A stretch of 64,000 nucleotides of DNA, taken from assembly GCA_000934665.2 (NCBI GenBank), contig KZ538057.1, positions 124,001 to 188,000 on the forward strand, given 5' to 3'. The notes below the pieces were generated by a model. That model saw nothing but the letters and a program-made list of their open reading frames with translations, searched no databases and was not told where the DNA came from. The position numbers were made by a program, and so were the translations under genes. Positions 35,052-47,343 of the stretch are shown here, piece after piece (the stretch's first letter is position 1; every line of letters starts with the position of its first letter). Source of the stretch: Catajapyx aquilonaris. Taxonomy: Eukaryota.

Positions 35052-37622
35052 TCAGAGGCCCAGTTTTGACAGCATGTCACCTGAGTTGTCGCCTGTGTTT
35101 TTCACGGTAGGCCAGGAGGGTGGCGGGATGCCTGAATTGTCACCAGTGCTTTTCACCACTGACCAGGAAGGTGGTGGGACAGTGGGGTCAAAGGCCCACC
35201 CTGGTGGAGGTGGATGAAAAGTTGGTGGCATTGGAGGCGCGAGAGACACAGGTGGTGGAGGTGGCACTGGGACCGTGTCACCAACCACTGCCTGCCCATG
35301 TGTGGCAATGTGCTCCTCGTAGCGTATCCTCCGGTCGAACCCAGCACCACACACATTGCAGCGGTGCAGCTTATTCCCAGTGTGGATTCGCACATGCGCC
35401 TCCAGGTTGTACTTCTCCGCAAACGCTTTGCAGCAGATTTGGCAGCGATGTGGCTTCTCGCCTGAGTGTACTCGGAGATGACGCTTCAAGTGGCTGGCAG
35501 ACATAAAGGCAGCACCACAAAGCTGGCACTTGTATGGCTTCTCTCCAGAATGGGTCAGCTTGTGGATGCTGAAACTGGAGTGGAACAGGAATCGCTTTCC
35601 ACATACATCGCACTGGTAGGGACACTCGCCAGTGTGCAGCGGCAAGTGGCGCTGAAGTCCGCACTTTTGAGTGAACACCTTCTGGCACACATGGCACTGG
35701 AACCGGTGCTGTCCCCGATGGATTTCCACGTGAACTTCGAGAGCATGGCGATGCTTGTAGGCCTGTCCACACACCTCGCATATAAATGGGCGCTCACCAG
35801 AGTGTAGTAACTTGTGCGTCTCCAGCTCTGAGGGCGTCCGATAAAACTTTCCACACTCAGGACATTCGTAGTTCTTGCAGTTCTTGCGGGGCCGTCGTTG
35901 TTTGCGTAGGCGGACTTTTTTGCAGGAGTTGTCCGAGTCTGCATCAACTACACCTTTGTCTTCATCCATTTTCCACTCAAAGTCACTCTCGGATTTGTCT
36001 GCATCCTCTGGTGCCTCCTCCAAGCTGCACTCAACAAGTTCAGCTGCTGATTCACCTGCATGCTGCTTGGCCACATGCACTTCAATTCCAGAGCGGGTCC
36101 CAAACCGTTTGGAACATACACGACAATGGAATGGCTTCTCTCTTGCCATTGCACAGGACTTATGGCAATTCTTCCCACAGAAGGAGCACTCTGCAGGTGA
36201 GTCAGAAGGGGACAAAGAGGAAGGTGGAGGAGTGATTCCAGGGACTCTGTCACCCCAGGAGGAGGATGACAGTGTGCGTCTGCGAAGATGGGCATCACCA
36301 CGTCCACCCCTGCGTCCTCTGCGGCTGCCACGTCCACGACGTCCTCGAGCCACAGGTCGGCGAGTCTGCAATGTCAAAACTTTCAACACATGTTGCATAG
36401 GCATTTTCATTATAAGTATCATGTCCATAACTTGGACCAAATACATAAGGTAATTTAAAACTGTCCTTCATCCTGGTTATTGTTAAATTAAGATGTCTGA
36501 CCACCATTATAATTATTGTAAACATATTTTCAATATTCAAAATTGGTTTCAAGCACCTTGCAGTCAAACAAAGGCCACTTTTTGGCCTGCCTTTTCATCG
36601 ATGTAGCTAATAAGCAGGTATTGAAAGCAACCCGTGCTGTCTGTCAACTTGTGATACAAACATGGATATTACTCCGTGGTAAATTATACACAACCCGTTC
36701 ATCACAAGGTCAGAATAGCTCGTTAACATGGGTTCCTTGCAACCCACTTTGTCTCCTTGTATAAACAAAACTACATAATATGCAGCCTTGGGGCCACTCT
36801 GAGACCTTTATTATTCACTTCAGGTGGGGGAGGGGCCATTCATAACAAAAGTTAGCAAGTTGAGCATGAGGGTTAGTTCTATCACCCATATCTTGGATGT
36901 GTTCATTGTATCTACAAGGCTGAATCAATATGTATCAGGTTTATTTCACAAATATTAATTAATAAAAATGTCCCAGCTGAGATGAACAAATGTAAGGACA
37001 TGTCTCAACCTGTAGTTACCAGCTTATTGTAAACTTGCTGCTTTTTTATAATAATCATTAGGCAGGACACATGTATTACCACTTTCCCTCCCCTGCTTGG
37101 CTTGGCTGGCTCATAGTCGCTATCCGTGTCCACACCTCCTTCCGTCAGGAACTCATCATCATCGTCGTCGTCATCATCGGATCCAACGTATTTCCCCACT
37201 TCCTCCATCTTGAGCATGACAGTTTCCACCTTTGAACTGGGGTCCTCTTCCTCTTCCGCCTCCTCCTTCTCTTCACCCACCACCTCCTCCTCCTCCTCCT
37301 TGTTCAGATCATACCGATACTTCTTGCAGCGAGGCCCCAACAGTGCCACTATCCCTTCCCTGAGGTCCAGATACCGCCTCTCCGCATCTTCAAACTCCGA
37401 GAAGAGCTGGAAGCACCGGGAGCACACAAGCGTACTGTGTAACCTGGACGCCACCACTTCCTCCGAGTCCAATTCACTGGCCTCCACGGTCACAAACTTG
37501 CGCACCACCTGCAGCAGCACCATCGTCGGCGCCTGCCCCACTCCCTTGTGCAACACATGGTAGTGGGTGTCCTCCAAAATTGGTGTGTCGCATGCCAGGC
37601 ACGTACTGTTGGAAGACTCCAT
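35052..37622 (-). CDS. ZAD-domain C2H2 zinc-finger transcription factor (8 intact fingers)
   Basis: Exon 37622-37080 (CLAC…CSRC ZAD-like pair plus acidic linker) splices in phase 0 to exon 36365-35052. That exon carries an RG-rich basic patch, one isolated finger, seven tandem C2H2 fingers with HSGEKP-type linkers, and a Pro-rich tail. Confidence 0.9.
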
Positions 37623-37691
37623 CTCTGTTCTCCAGTCTTGTTAAATGCCTGGAAAAATCGCATATTTATTAGTCTGTTCACATGACAAATT

Positions 37692-37877
37692 GAATGGTTC
37701 AGGAGAAGAAGGTGATAACCCTCAAATGGGTCGTAATTGCACCTTCTTCTCCCCAACCCTATTGTAATCCATATGTCCAAAAAAGGAAGAGGGATAATAA
37801 TGAAGGCTCCGGGAGAAGAAGGTGATAACTCAATTACGACCCATATGTGGGTTATCACCTTCTTCTCCTGAACCTTC
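37692..37877. mobile_element. 186-bp MITE with about 48-bp imperfect TIRs and flanking AATT
   Basis: Left end gaatggttcaggagaagaaggtgataaccctcaaatgggtcgtaattg versus right end caattacgacccatatgtgggttatcaccttcttctcctgaaccttc. AATT is present on both sides. Confidence 0.8.
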
Positions 37878-38873
37878 AATTGTTCTATGCAGCAAGAACA
37901 GTACTGTTCCACCTTCGCTTCTTATAGTGTGGTTAGTGACTTAAGAAGTCCTTCGTACACTGACAGTGTGAGACGGAAGTCCGGCTGAAGTTCGGACAAA
38001 GCTAGTGAAGTCCGTCGCACATACAGTTTCAAATGACTAACCCCATCGGTTCTTGCTCTTGCTACAAGCTGACAGCCCAAAATTTTCACATGTCAAAGTC
38101 CACTCTATGAACAGCCCATTTCCATGACCAGTCTTTCACCCTTACTTTTTCCTCCAGTGCAGTTCATGTGTGACCTTGTGTCCTGCCCTTGGGCTGTCCA
38201 GACACTCCCATGTCATTTCAGTGGGTCTCTCAGCGTGCTCAGGACGGGTTCCGCGGCATGGCTTGGAGGCAGTGCGCGGCAGGTGCATCTCTTCTCTCGG
38301 GAGAAGAAGACATCATCAGATCCTCCATTGTGACAAGCTCTTCAGGGCCGAACAGGGCAGCCAACTATGGACGCCGCCATTTTACATGCTACAGAATAGC
38401 CACCTTTTCATTCCGGTCATAAGTTTCAGTACTTCATCTTGTAAATGGGAACTGCATTGTAAGGGTATTAGCCAGCCGTTTATTCATTTGCAGTGGATTG
38501 ACTCCGGACAGGACGGAAAAGTTGTGAGACAAGTTGGCCACACTTGCTCAGAATGTGGATGCGTTTGTAAATTCTCCGTGTGTGCACTTCACATGTCATT
38601 TACGCTTTATCCTTTCCACTTTCGCGAAAAAGAGGCGGTACTTGGTAAAATAAGCGTGACAATGATTCATCAACATAGCCGGTGAGAATACTCGACAGAT
38701 CCTTCCTTTCCTCCTGACTCCAAAACGTAGTTCAATACGAGGAAGAACGCACCATGACAGTCAACAATTCACATATTTAGAGTGGCTGCCCTGCTGTTTA
38801 GATCTGCATTGGGAAGCCAATCAGAGAGCGGAAGGGTCATATTCGGGCCAATCAGCATCCAGATTGGTGCAGA

Positions 38874-39445
38874 GTGTCATGGCCGCCGGAATTGGCGATT
38901 CGAATCGTGCAGGTCGATGGAACAGCGCGCCGGGCGATGGCACGAACAAGTGTCAATTTGTGTCGACGGAAGATGTTCCTTTGCCTAGTTTGCCAGCGGT
39001 TGTTGCCGGCTGGGATGGCAGGACGGACGGGGGGCCGTCAAGGGCAGGGCAGGGCATCAACTGGACCTCCAAGTTGGGCTTGCAGGTTGGGTGATGTGAG
39101 GTGAGATGATGGACCTGAGGAGGGCACCGACAATGCTCAAGAATGCCACTTCCAGTCCCAGAAAGTATGTGGTGCTTCGTTGAGGCTGTTAGTTGCCATA
39201 CTGATATGAAATTGTTGATTGCAGGGGGAAAATAGTGGTAGCGACGAGTAAAACCTTTGCAGTGTGTGCATCAGTGGGCAGAGAGAAGGTTGAGGCGAAG
39301 GACAACTCGGCTGATGTGCAAGGACCAAGACACGGGGAAGAAGCTGTTTACTTGTTGGAATGCAGTGAAAGCTGGTTATGTGGTGAGAATAATGCTTCCA
39401 TCGTGTTTGCCTAATAATATTGCTGTCTTTCAAAAGTCCATTTAA
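38874..39445 (+). mobile_element. Possible degraded piggyBac-like transposase C-terminus
   Basis: Fragmented motifs W..ELAIRIVQ…FLCLVCQRLL…GRASTGPP…RL…HF…RRTTRLMCKD…LFTCW recall the piggyBac C-terminal Cys-rich region. The region is broken by stops and frameshifts. Confidence 0.3.
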
Positions 39446-39840
39446 GATGTTAAGAGAATTTTTCGAAAAATGAATCCAGGACATGTCACAAGTCGTTAGC
39501 TAGTAGTGGATACAAACATATACTAGATAATTTGAACTTCCATGCAGGGCCGGGGAATGTTAAACTTGAATATTTTTTTAATTTTTACATATGGGGGGGG
39601 GNGGGGGGGCTATAGTATGACATATCCCCAATTAACAGTAATTGCAATACAATATAGATTTTGAAATTGCAGAGCGACTGTCTGCCAATGTCGTGTAGCA
39701 AGTTTAACCTAAGCTTGTGTGACTTTGAACCGAATTTTTTTTTCGCATGCTCTTTTACTGCTCTTCCTCTGGTGCAGTTCTAATTATTTGTTCGAATGAG
39801 CACTGCTTGCGGTTCGTAGTTCTACTCTGACATTATGTTC

Positions 39841-39972
39841 GGAAAATGAGAGAATGATCTGACGTCATCAAGGTTTCCATGGAAATTCTCTCACAGAACA
39901 ATATGAGTAAACATTGTCAACAAAAAGCATCAATGGAAGAAACGATGACATCACATCGTTCTCTCGTTTTCC
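39841..39972. mobile_element. Small MITE-like inverted repeat (29-bp imperfect arms)
   Basis: ggaaaatgagagaatgatctgacgtcatc versus gatgacatcacatcgttctctcgttttcc. Confidence 0.65.
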
Positions 39973-40159
39973 ATACATTAAGCGTGATCATTGTGCCTTC
40001 CTATAGCAGCTATTCCATAACCTAAACACAAACCCCCGGATAGTATTGACATTAAATGACAATTTACAGTATATAAAATTAACTTTTTATAGGGGGGGAT
40101 GCCTCCATCACTTCGGGGGGGATGGGGGCCACTGATCACTTGTGGACCGACGTAGCTTC

Positions 40160-40605
40160 TGACCCCTGTGCCGTACACGACTGGAAGGCAGGCAGTATGA
40201 ATCCTGTGTGCCTACTGCCGAAAAATGACATGTGCCAGATGTTCAACAATCCTATGTTGAACTTGTCCTGCCCAGAGGCCCAGAGACTGTGCGGCTGGAG
40301 ACAGAGGACAAAGTCACAGGAAACGCAGCTGAGAGACAGAGGGGAACCAAGATGCTCCAAAAATTATCTGATGATGCATCCAGAAGGGATGGGCAAACAT
40401 CAACATCTTGGGAGGCCTTGTCAACGGAGCCGGAGCCTTCAAGAGGAACAACCATGGGCGCATCGCGTCAGTCATGATCAACTTTGATATCTGTCCTTTG
40501 GAGGAGAAATCCATTGACAAGTGCAGCGTAAAGTTAGAAATTGGAGCCAACATTTATGTGGAGAGGAAGCAGTTCCCATTGGTACTTGCATACGCCATAA
40601 CCATA
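40160..40605 (+). mobile_element. Helitron/Helentron PIF1-like helicase fragment (frameshifted)
   Basis: Pieces across frames: VCLLPKNDMCQMFNNPML, KMLQKLSDDASR, GGLVNGA, and IYVERKQFPLVLAYAITI. The last matches the PIF1 motif RxQFPLxLAxAxTIHKxQG, truncated before HKxQG. Confidence 0.75.
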
Positions 40606-41074
40606 CCCAACTTCATACCAGCTGGGTAGTTCTCCTGGGGTGTCCTGGGGTGTACAGATCCTCTGGTTGACTGACTTTCATACTGGCATGCAGCAGATTT
40701 TGGAATAATACGGTATGAATGATTAAGAACCTTAGACGTGCCGTACTGTTCAAGCAATTTCACAGCTGTGGAAATTAATGGACATCCTGCTTCATTCCCC
40801 AATCTCACTTTATTAAGTTTATTGTTATAGATGGAACACTGGCTTATCCCCATCTTAAGAGCTATAAATTTACATCTCATGGATGGTTTTCAACTCTCAA
40901 ACATTCAGGACTGAATTTAGAGAAGTTGTCTTAACTTTATTTTTGCCGTTTAAAGTGGTATATCATCGCATTATATTTAACCCTCTTTTGATTCATAAGC
41001 ACTGTAGGATGCCATCTGATACCTTAAGTTTTCTGCTAAATAGCCTTGGTGTTTTAATTGGCACGAATTAAGCA

Positions 41075-41372
41075 GGGGGGCATGGTGGCCTAGTGGCTAT
41101 GCTACTGGCCAGCCAAGCAGAAGCCCAGGGGTCAATCCTGTCCCTGTCACCTTCGCTTGGTCTGGTATTTTTCCGCTTTTCACCCGACATGTCCAGGCAG
41201 AATTGCACTCCCTTCTCTGCCCAGGGTCAAGAGAAAAGGTCTGGTATTTAAGAGGGTCTGAAATGACTAGAAACTATTTAATAAGAGCGCCCTCCCATGG
41301 GAACCTTCCCCCTTCCTTTCTAAGAGGGCCCCTGGCTCATGGCTCAATCACAGGGTATTACAAACAAAAAAT
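41075..41372 (+). mobile_element. tRNA-derived SINE-like element
   Basis: GGTGGCCTAGTGG (A-box), CCAGGGGTCAATCCTG (degenerate B-box) and an A-rich 3' end. Confidence 0.5.
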
Positions 41373-42831
41373 AACATGAATTATTCTAGGATTAGTGAAG
41401 AATCATATCCATCTCAGGGTACTTTTTGTGTCATGCTGCAAAATTTGATTCATGATTTTTGAGGGAGTTTTGCAAGAACCACTTTGAATAACTAAAATCC
41501 AGTTGTATGAACATGAGTTAAGATTAACTATGGATTTAGGATGTGCAGTATGTCAGCAAGAGCTAATTCACCGTAAATTAACCTTAACTAACGATGATAC
41601 GACAGGCCTTGATTCAAATTTTAGTGAATTATGCTGCTCTAAAAAGTGCTTTGGCATGTGAAGAGTAAAAATAGTGTGCATTCGTCTCCTTGCAGGACTT
41701 GGCAGTCTGTCCAGACATTGTGACTCTCACGGTGAACTTGCATTGAGCAGAAGCTGGAACCCACCCAAGTTGGAGCTACTCTGCAAAGAGTCCTTACATT
41801 CATGAAGTGATTTTGAACCCTATTGCCTTGGAGGTGATTGAGATCTAAGGACGCCTGTGGAGCATATAGTTGAAGCTAGCAAAAGTAGAGGAGTTCGGAA
41901 AAGGCATTATATGCATCACACATCAAGATCTACACATCTGAGAAGTTGCAGGTCTGATGCTGAGGTGAGCAAAGACTAGTGTTGTAAAAGAAAATTCGAA
42001 TGTCTGGAAAAACCCAGTCATTATCATCTGTCTTTTTTGAAGGGAAAAAACTGCTTTTTGTGAAAAATGGGATCTCCAGAAATGCTGGCTTTCATGTCCA
42101 TTACTGATGTTCTCCGTTTAAATTATTCTAAATCTTAAATATTATTAGCAAGCAAATATCTAAGAAATTTGAACTGCCACTTTCAGTTGTTCCTGCTTTT
42201 CTGGGGAATCCCTGAAGGACAGAGGTATATTCAAGGACCCAATCATTTCAACAGCAGATGTCTGCAGGGATTCCCTTAGTGATTGGGTCAGAAACCAAGT
42301 AGTCATCAGGCATATATTTCAGTAACTCTTTGAAGACTTGGGTTAAAATTATTCAGCATAAAACTTAAAACATCATTTGACCTACTTCAGAGTAGGCCTA
42401 CAGAACCCATTCATTTGATATGTAACACATTTTGGCGCGTCCAATGCAGTGTTATTAATTGAAGGGGTCGGTGCAATACTGCCCTAACCCACCAAATGAC
42501 ACAAATTGAGTTTCGCGCACTTCCATATACTACACTCAAATATCTAATAAAGTACACTGAGATTGTCCAGTTTCTGCCATTTGTCGGTGAGAAATCAAAC
42601 AATGTTTTTATTGCTCCAAGGTTATGAATGCCTTTTCTGCAGCAAAACCGCCCTAACCCTCCGTCTTCAAATATTGCAGCGCGCAGGATGCAGCTGCGAG
42701 AAGCTGTGTCTCACGAGTTGGGCTTAAATAGTGAGCTTTTGCCTGATGACACCGATGTGGATGAGAGTACCTAAGATTCAGAGTTCGATCCTGATAATGA
42801 TGATGTGCAAAGTAGTAGTCCATTGCAGCAA

Positions 42832-42894
<63 letters not shown>
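42832..42894. repeat. (AAT)n microsatellite
   Basis: Read directly; source of the poly-Ile ORF. Confidence 0.95.
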
Positions 42895-43104
42895 CGTAGT
42901 TGGGTCATTCCATGTCAAGACAGACAACTTGGTGGCTCGACCATCTCATAATTTGATATAGAAATCATTGAGGTGTTGCCAAAAATAAAGTTAAGAGCCT
43001 CCCAGGTGAAAATCCCACGGAGATATGGCAACGTCTTTCAGCAACAATAGAGCGGGAAGGACCATTTATTTCAGGTGAAGTTATTGTTGTACCCTCTTGT
43101 TCAT

Positions 43105-43815
43105 ATTATATCAAATGAACTGTTGTGAGATGAGGAACATTATTTTTGTGGCAACGTGTTTAACCTAGATTGTAAAATTAAAATGCTAAAGGAAATCGCG
43201 TTATTGTGCAAAACGGACACATTTCATATGGTCGAACGTCATTGTTAAATAAATGCTAAGCGTGTGGAATTAATATGGTAGGTACATTGTCATCTGATCA
43301 TCAGTAGTCATTACTACTGCAGGACAACATCAAGGTCAAGCAGACTTGGAGATAATAAATCTGAAATGTCGGAAAAAGCCCTCTATAGGCTACTCCACGT
43401 TATTTGATGTTGCGAGTGAACCATTCATGGTAAGTGAACAGTTCTTATACCGCTATGTTATGCATGAAAAGACGTTTCTGCGATAACTTAAAAATTGACC
43501 CAGCCCCACACCGAGAAAAATGACCCCAAAGATGACCAAATTAGTGGAAAACAGACATTTCAGAAGTTTTATTTCCAAGACTGCTTGACCTGTGATGTTG
43601 TCCTTCGACAGTATAGTAATGATCAGATGACAATGTATACCTACCATATTAATTCCACACCCTTAGCATGTGTTTAACCATGACATTGGACAATATGAAA
43701 TGTGTCCGTTTCTCTCAATAATGCGATTATTTTTTAACATTTTTATTTTACAATCTAGGTTAAACCAGTTGCCACCAAAATGTTCCTCATCTTACGACAG
43801 TTCATTTGATATCAT
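43105..43815. repeat. Long imperfect inverted repeat (arms about 43105-43370 and 43554-43815) inside the AATT-flanked element
   Basis: Example pairs: gtgtggaattaatatggtaggta…cattgtcatctgatcat versus atgatcagatgacaatg…tacctaccatattaattccacac; ttaacctagattgtaaa versus tttacaatctaggttaa. Confidence 0.85.
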
Positions 43816-44261
43816 TTATATTAACATTAAACTAACTTGTGATACGTTCTTGACCAATTTAGTTCGCATTACAAGTTGGGTGCAATACTGCCCTAACCCT
43901 TTTTTTCACACGCGGCCACCTTATTTTGTTCATTCTTGGAGTGGGTGGTGCATCATCATCATCATAATAGCACGTAAATGTTCCTTATTAGTGCCTTGTA
44001 TATTGGGGTAGAAATGAAAATTGTCCCATGGAAAATGTGATTTATGGGTCATCTCAAACTTTCAAATGCGTTTTTCTCGAAATCAGGTTTTGGAGGGTTA
44101 GGGCAGTATTGCACCGACCCCTTCAATTAGAGCACGATGAATATTACTGTTTTGTCATGGGTTAAACCAAAATAGTTCAAAAATGACAATTTTCCTTTCA
44201 GGCGTTGACTGTAACAATGTAGGTTTTCCAAAGAAATGGCAGTCACTTTTTTGTAACCTGA

Positions 44262-44275
44262 TTATTATTTATTTA

Positions 44276-44366
<91 letters not shown>
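44262..44366. repeat. (TAT)n microsatellite
   Basis: Read directly; source of the poly-Tyr ORF. Confidence 0.95.
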
Positions 44367-44529
44367 GCTATTACAACACTTGCCAAGACCACTAGTTTGG
44401 CTGTCATACATAAACTGGGTGCTGTATTGAATGTGTCAATGATAGGTTATTGTGAGGAGCCCTGGATGTGTGTGTGTGTGGGGGGGGGGGGGTGTCTGCA
44501 GATGGGCCAGTTGACATGGGCCTACGATT

Positions 44530-45200
44530 TTGGAGAGGCCTGTACTAATGTCAGCCATTTGGATTAAAGTTCTCACAAAGATCTATAAGGTCAGCTTGGT
44601 AATAAAATATCATGATCCCACATTAGATGTGGCAAGAGACAATATTGAGCAACTACATGCGGATATCCAGAAACTGCAAGAAAAATGGCATGATATACTT
44701 GAAAAAGCACGGCATGTGTAAAGCGCAATTGGCCAGCCAGATGTGCTACTTGTAGGGGTGCTGGTCACCAAACTGAAAAGGATGCCAAAACATATTAATA
44801 CTTTAGGGCAGGGCTTCCCAAACTGCAAGTTGTGACCCCATTTGAGGTCGTGACCATAATATTTGGGGTCATGAGGGAGGGTAACAAACTCTATTTTAAC
44901 AAAATGATTTAATTTATCGGGAAAAATATATGCCTGTAATATTAATTTATCGATGATTGACAATGGGGGGACGAAATTGGAAGTAGGGGTCGCGAATTTT
45001 ACAAGACGTTTTTCTGGGGTTGCCAACGAAAAAGATTGGGAAGCCCTGCTTTAGGGTGAATGTGTTCTTCAACATTATTGATGTTGTTATTGATGGCCTT
45101 TCACATCACTTTTTTGCAGTTAGGGACATTTGTGGACTCTTTGATTTCTTGTGCCACTTTAAGTAGTTCGATGAGAATGAGTTACATGAAAAAGCTCATC
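44530..45200 (+). pseudogene. hAT (ZMYM1-like) transposase fragment, interrupted by a MITE
   Basis: VLMSAIWIKVLTKI…TLDVARDNIEQLHADIQKLQEKWHDILEKA, then after removing the MITE and one TSD copy, YFRVNVFFNIIDVVIDGLSHHFFAVRDICGLFDFL. Both are typical hAT C-terminal-half motifs. Stop codons are present. Confidence 0.7.
44809..45048. mobile_element. 240-bp hAT-family MITE, 13-bp TIR CAGGGCTTCCCAA, perfect 8-bp TSD CTTTAGGG
   Basis: TSD at 44801-44808 and 45049-45056; TIRs cagggcttcccaa and ttgggaagccctg. Confidence 0.92.
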
Positions 45201-45869
45201 AATTTCAGTTGTGATACCCAAGTCCGATAATTTTGTTAGCTACTTTTAAGAAAACAAAGAAAAACAGGATTACTGGCTAATTTTTAAAAATGTTTCTAAT
45301 GATACTTTCTTGTTTAATGGTACTACTGTATACATTACATGTATACAACATCATAATAATGTATTAACCCTCCAACTGTGACGTGGGCACTTTTCATGAC
45401 CAACGCCACTATTTTCGCTGTAACATTGAAAATCTACCACATATTGTGAGCTTCATCTTTTATGACATATTATTTTGATTCCTTTTGTGATTAATGGCAT
45501 TTAGTTTAAATTTTTAGAGTAAATGGCACGATCAGGAAAAAAAAAAAAGTACCGATGTGTAGTTGGGGCCAAGACAGCATTCCATAACTTCCTGCTTTCC
45601 AGAGGGGGGGCCCTGAGCTTATCAGTCCTCCTCTGGAAAGCTTAGTGATTCATGAAGCCAGCTCTGGTTTTGGGCTTTGGAAAAGAAACCGGTTCGGTCT
45701 AGGTGACACTCGCCCATTATGGCCCCAAATAGCATCAGTGCATAATTGTTTTTTTTTACGATTGTACTATCTGCTCAAAAATTACAAACTAAATGCCATT
45801 CATTGCAGAAGGAATCAACCCAAGATTATTTCAAAGATGAAGTCCAAATGTGCTATATTTCCCAAGAAA

Positions 45870-46040
45870 GGCCCATTCACACAGGCCGTCGACGGTTTTG
45901 GTTTTTGGTCTCGTCGACGCCGCGGACCAATCAGAACGGGCCCTCACGTAAACAACGAGTCATGGTTACCGTGAGGGCCCGCTCTGATTGGTCCAAAACC
46001 AAAACCAAAACCAAATTAATGAGCAGTTTGAAATGGGGCC
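45870..46040. mobile_element. PIF/Harbinger-like MITE with internal hairpin
   Basis: Ends are ggcccattcacac and gtttgaaatggggcc. An internal 25-bp inverted repeat (ggaccaatcagaacgggccctcacg at 45924-45948 versus 45970-45994) is flanked by ggtttt/aaaacc repeats. Confidence 0.65.
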
Positions 46041-47343
46041 TACATAGCTTCAAATATCCCCATCTGGCCTGGGTTTCTCACCGGCTGTGAACGGCCCAGA
46101 TTGTGAAGACTTTATATCTCAGTTGCAAAGGCGTGTATTTAATTATATTGTACCAAGAGCTGATTGTACCTTTAGCGTGTTCCATAGGTGGGGATGCTCG
46201 TAGCTCATCTGGGTTGCACCAGGCACCCACCTAAAAAAACTTTCCTATTGTGATGATTGGGTAGGCTGAGATGGTATTTGCTCAGTTTCCAAGTTGAATG
46301 CTATGAAAGGTATATCAGATGGGTAAGGTACGGCCATCTTCTCACGCCAAGAGCTACCTTGAGATACTTGATTACAAAATTACCCTAGTTGATGCAGTGC
46401 TGAGATAATGACATGTTAAGGTTACACCCTCATGTAATGGGATCATCCTGCTGATTATGACAACCCCCAATCCCCATGCTATATGGATCACTTGATGCAC
46501 AGGATCACCCCCATTACGTATGTGTGTAACCTTAGCATGGCATTATCTGCCATTCGTCTTAATTCCATTAAGTTACCTTTCATTGAACTACTTAACGTTG
46601 CCATTCACATCTATTCTTCAATGAATTCGGCTGCCTCTGATTCCATTCATTTCAATTCACCAGAATGGGTTCATTTTTTGGTAATGCCTGGTTCGATTTA
46701 GAATTGAATGGTACCCTTCACCTTCAATCAATAGCATTAGGACCCAATGGGCTGTATTGATGGGGTAATGTAATGGAATGAAGAAAAGAAAGTCAATAAC
46801 CCTGGGTCAAGCAACTTGTGCCTAGACTTCCCAAAGAACACTTACCAAGGACAAGATATTATTCAATGCATATATTCTTTGGGCATGTGGAAGGCAAAAC
46901 AGATTTGATAGGTGTACAGTAGTATACCTCCTTTGTAATCTAATGCCCTGATACATAAAATTATTGATGAATTTTACCTAGGTTGGACCACAGCAACAAA
47001 AATTCCAGACCAAAATTTGGTATCTTGCAGGTACAGAGTGTAAAATTGTACACCGGATTGTTTTAAAGGCATTATTTTAGATTACTGAAGTTATTTAAAA
47101 GGCGTTATGAAATTATGCACTGCATGTATGTGCGCCTAAGCATATAACATTGCAAGCCTCCTGTACCTTTCTTCTCAGATCCCTTAACCTGGTCCGAGCT
47201 CCTGTTCTTTTGCACCACCACCTAACAGTTTTCAGGCCCTGCCTAAGAGCATTCTTCTTCCCACATGAACAAATAAGAAATAAATGCACTCACAGTCAAC
47301 AATTAATATTAACCAGCGTAATCTTCAGTAATCTACCTTTATA

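Larger units (their letters stand above)
42461..44124. mobile_element. 1.66-kb non-autonomous DNA transposon with perfect 30-bp TIRs and AATT target (Sola1-like)
   Basis: gaaggggtcggtgcaatactgccctaaccc (42461-42490) is the exact reverse complement of 44095-44124. AATT lies at 42457-42460 and 44125-44128. A partial internal TIR copy sits near 43878-43900. Confidence 0.85.

Noticed and set aside
35120..36453. Multiple overlapping ORFs across the zinc-finger exon
   Set aside because: Frame and antisense shadows of a GC-rich coding exon
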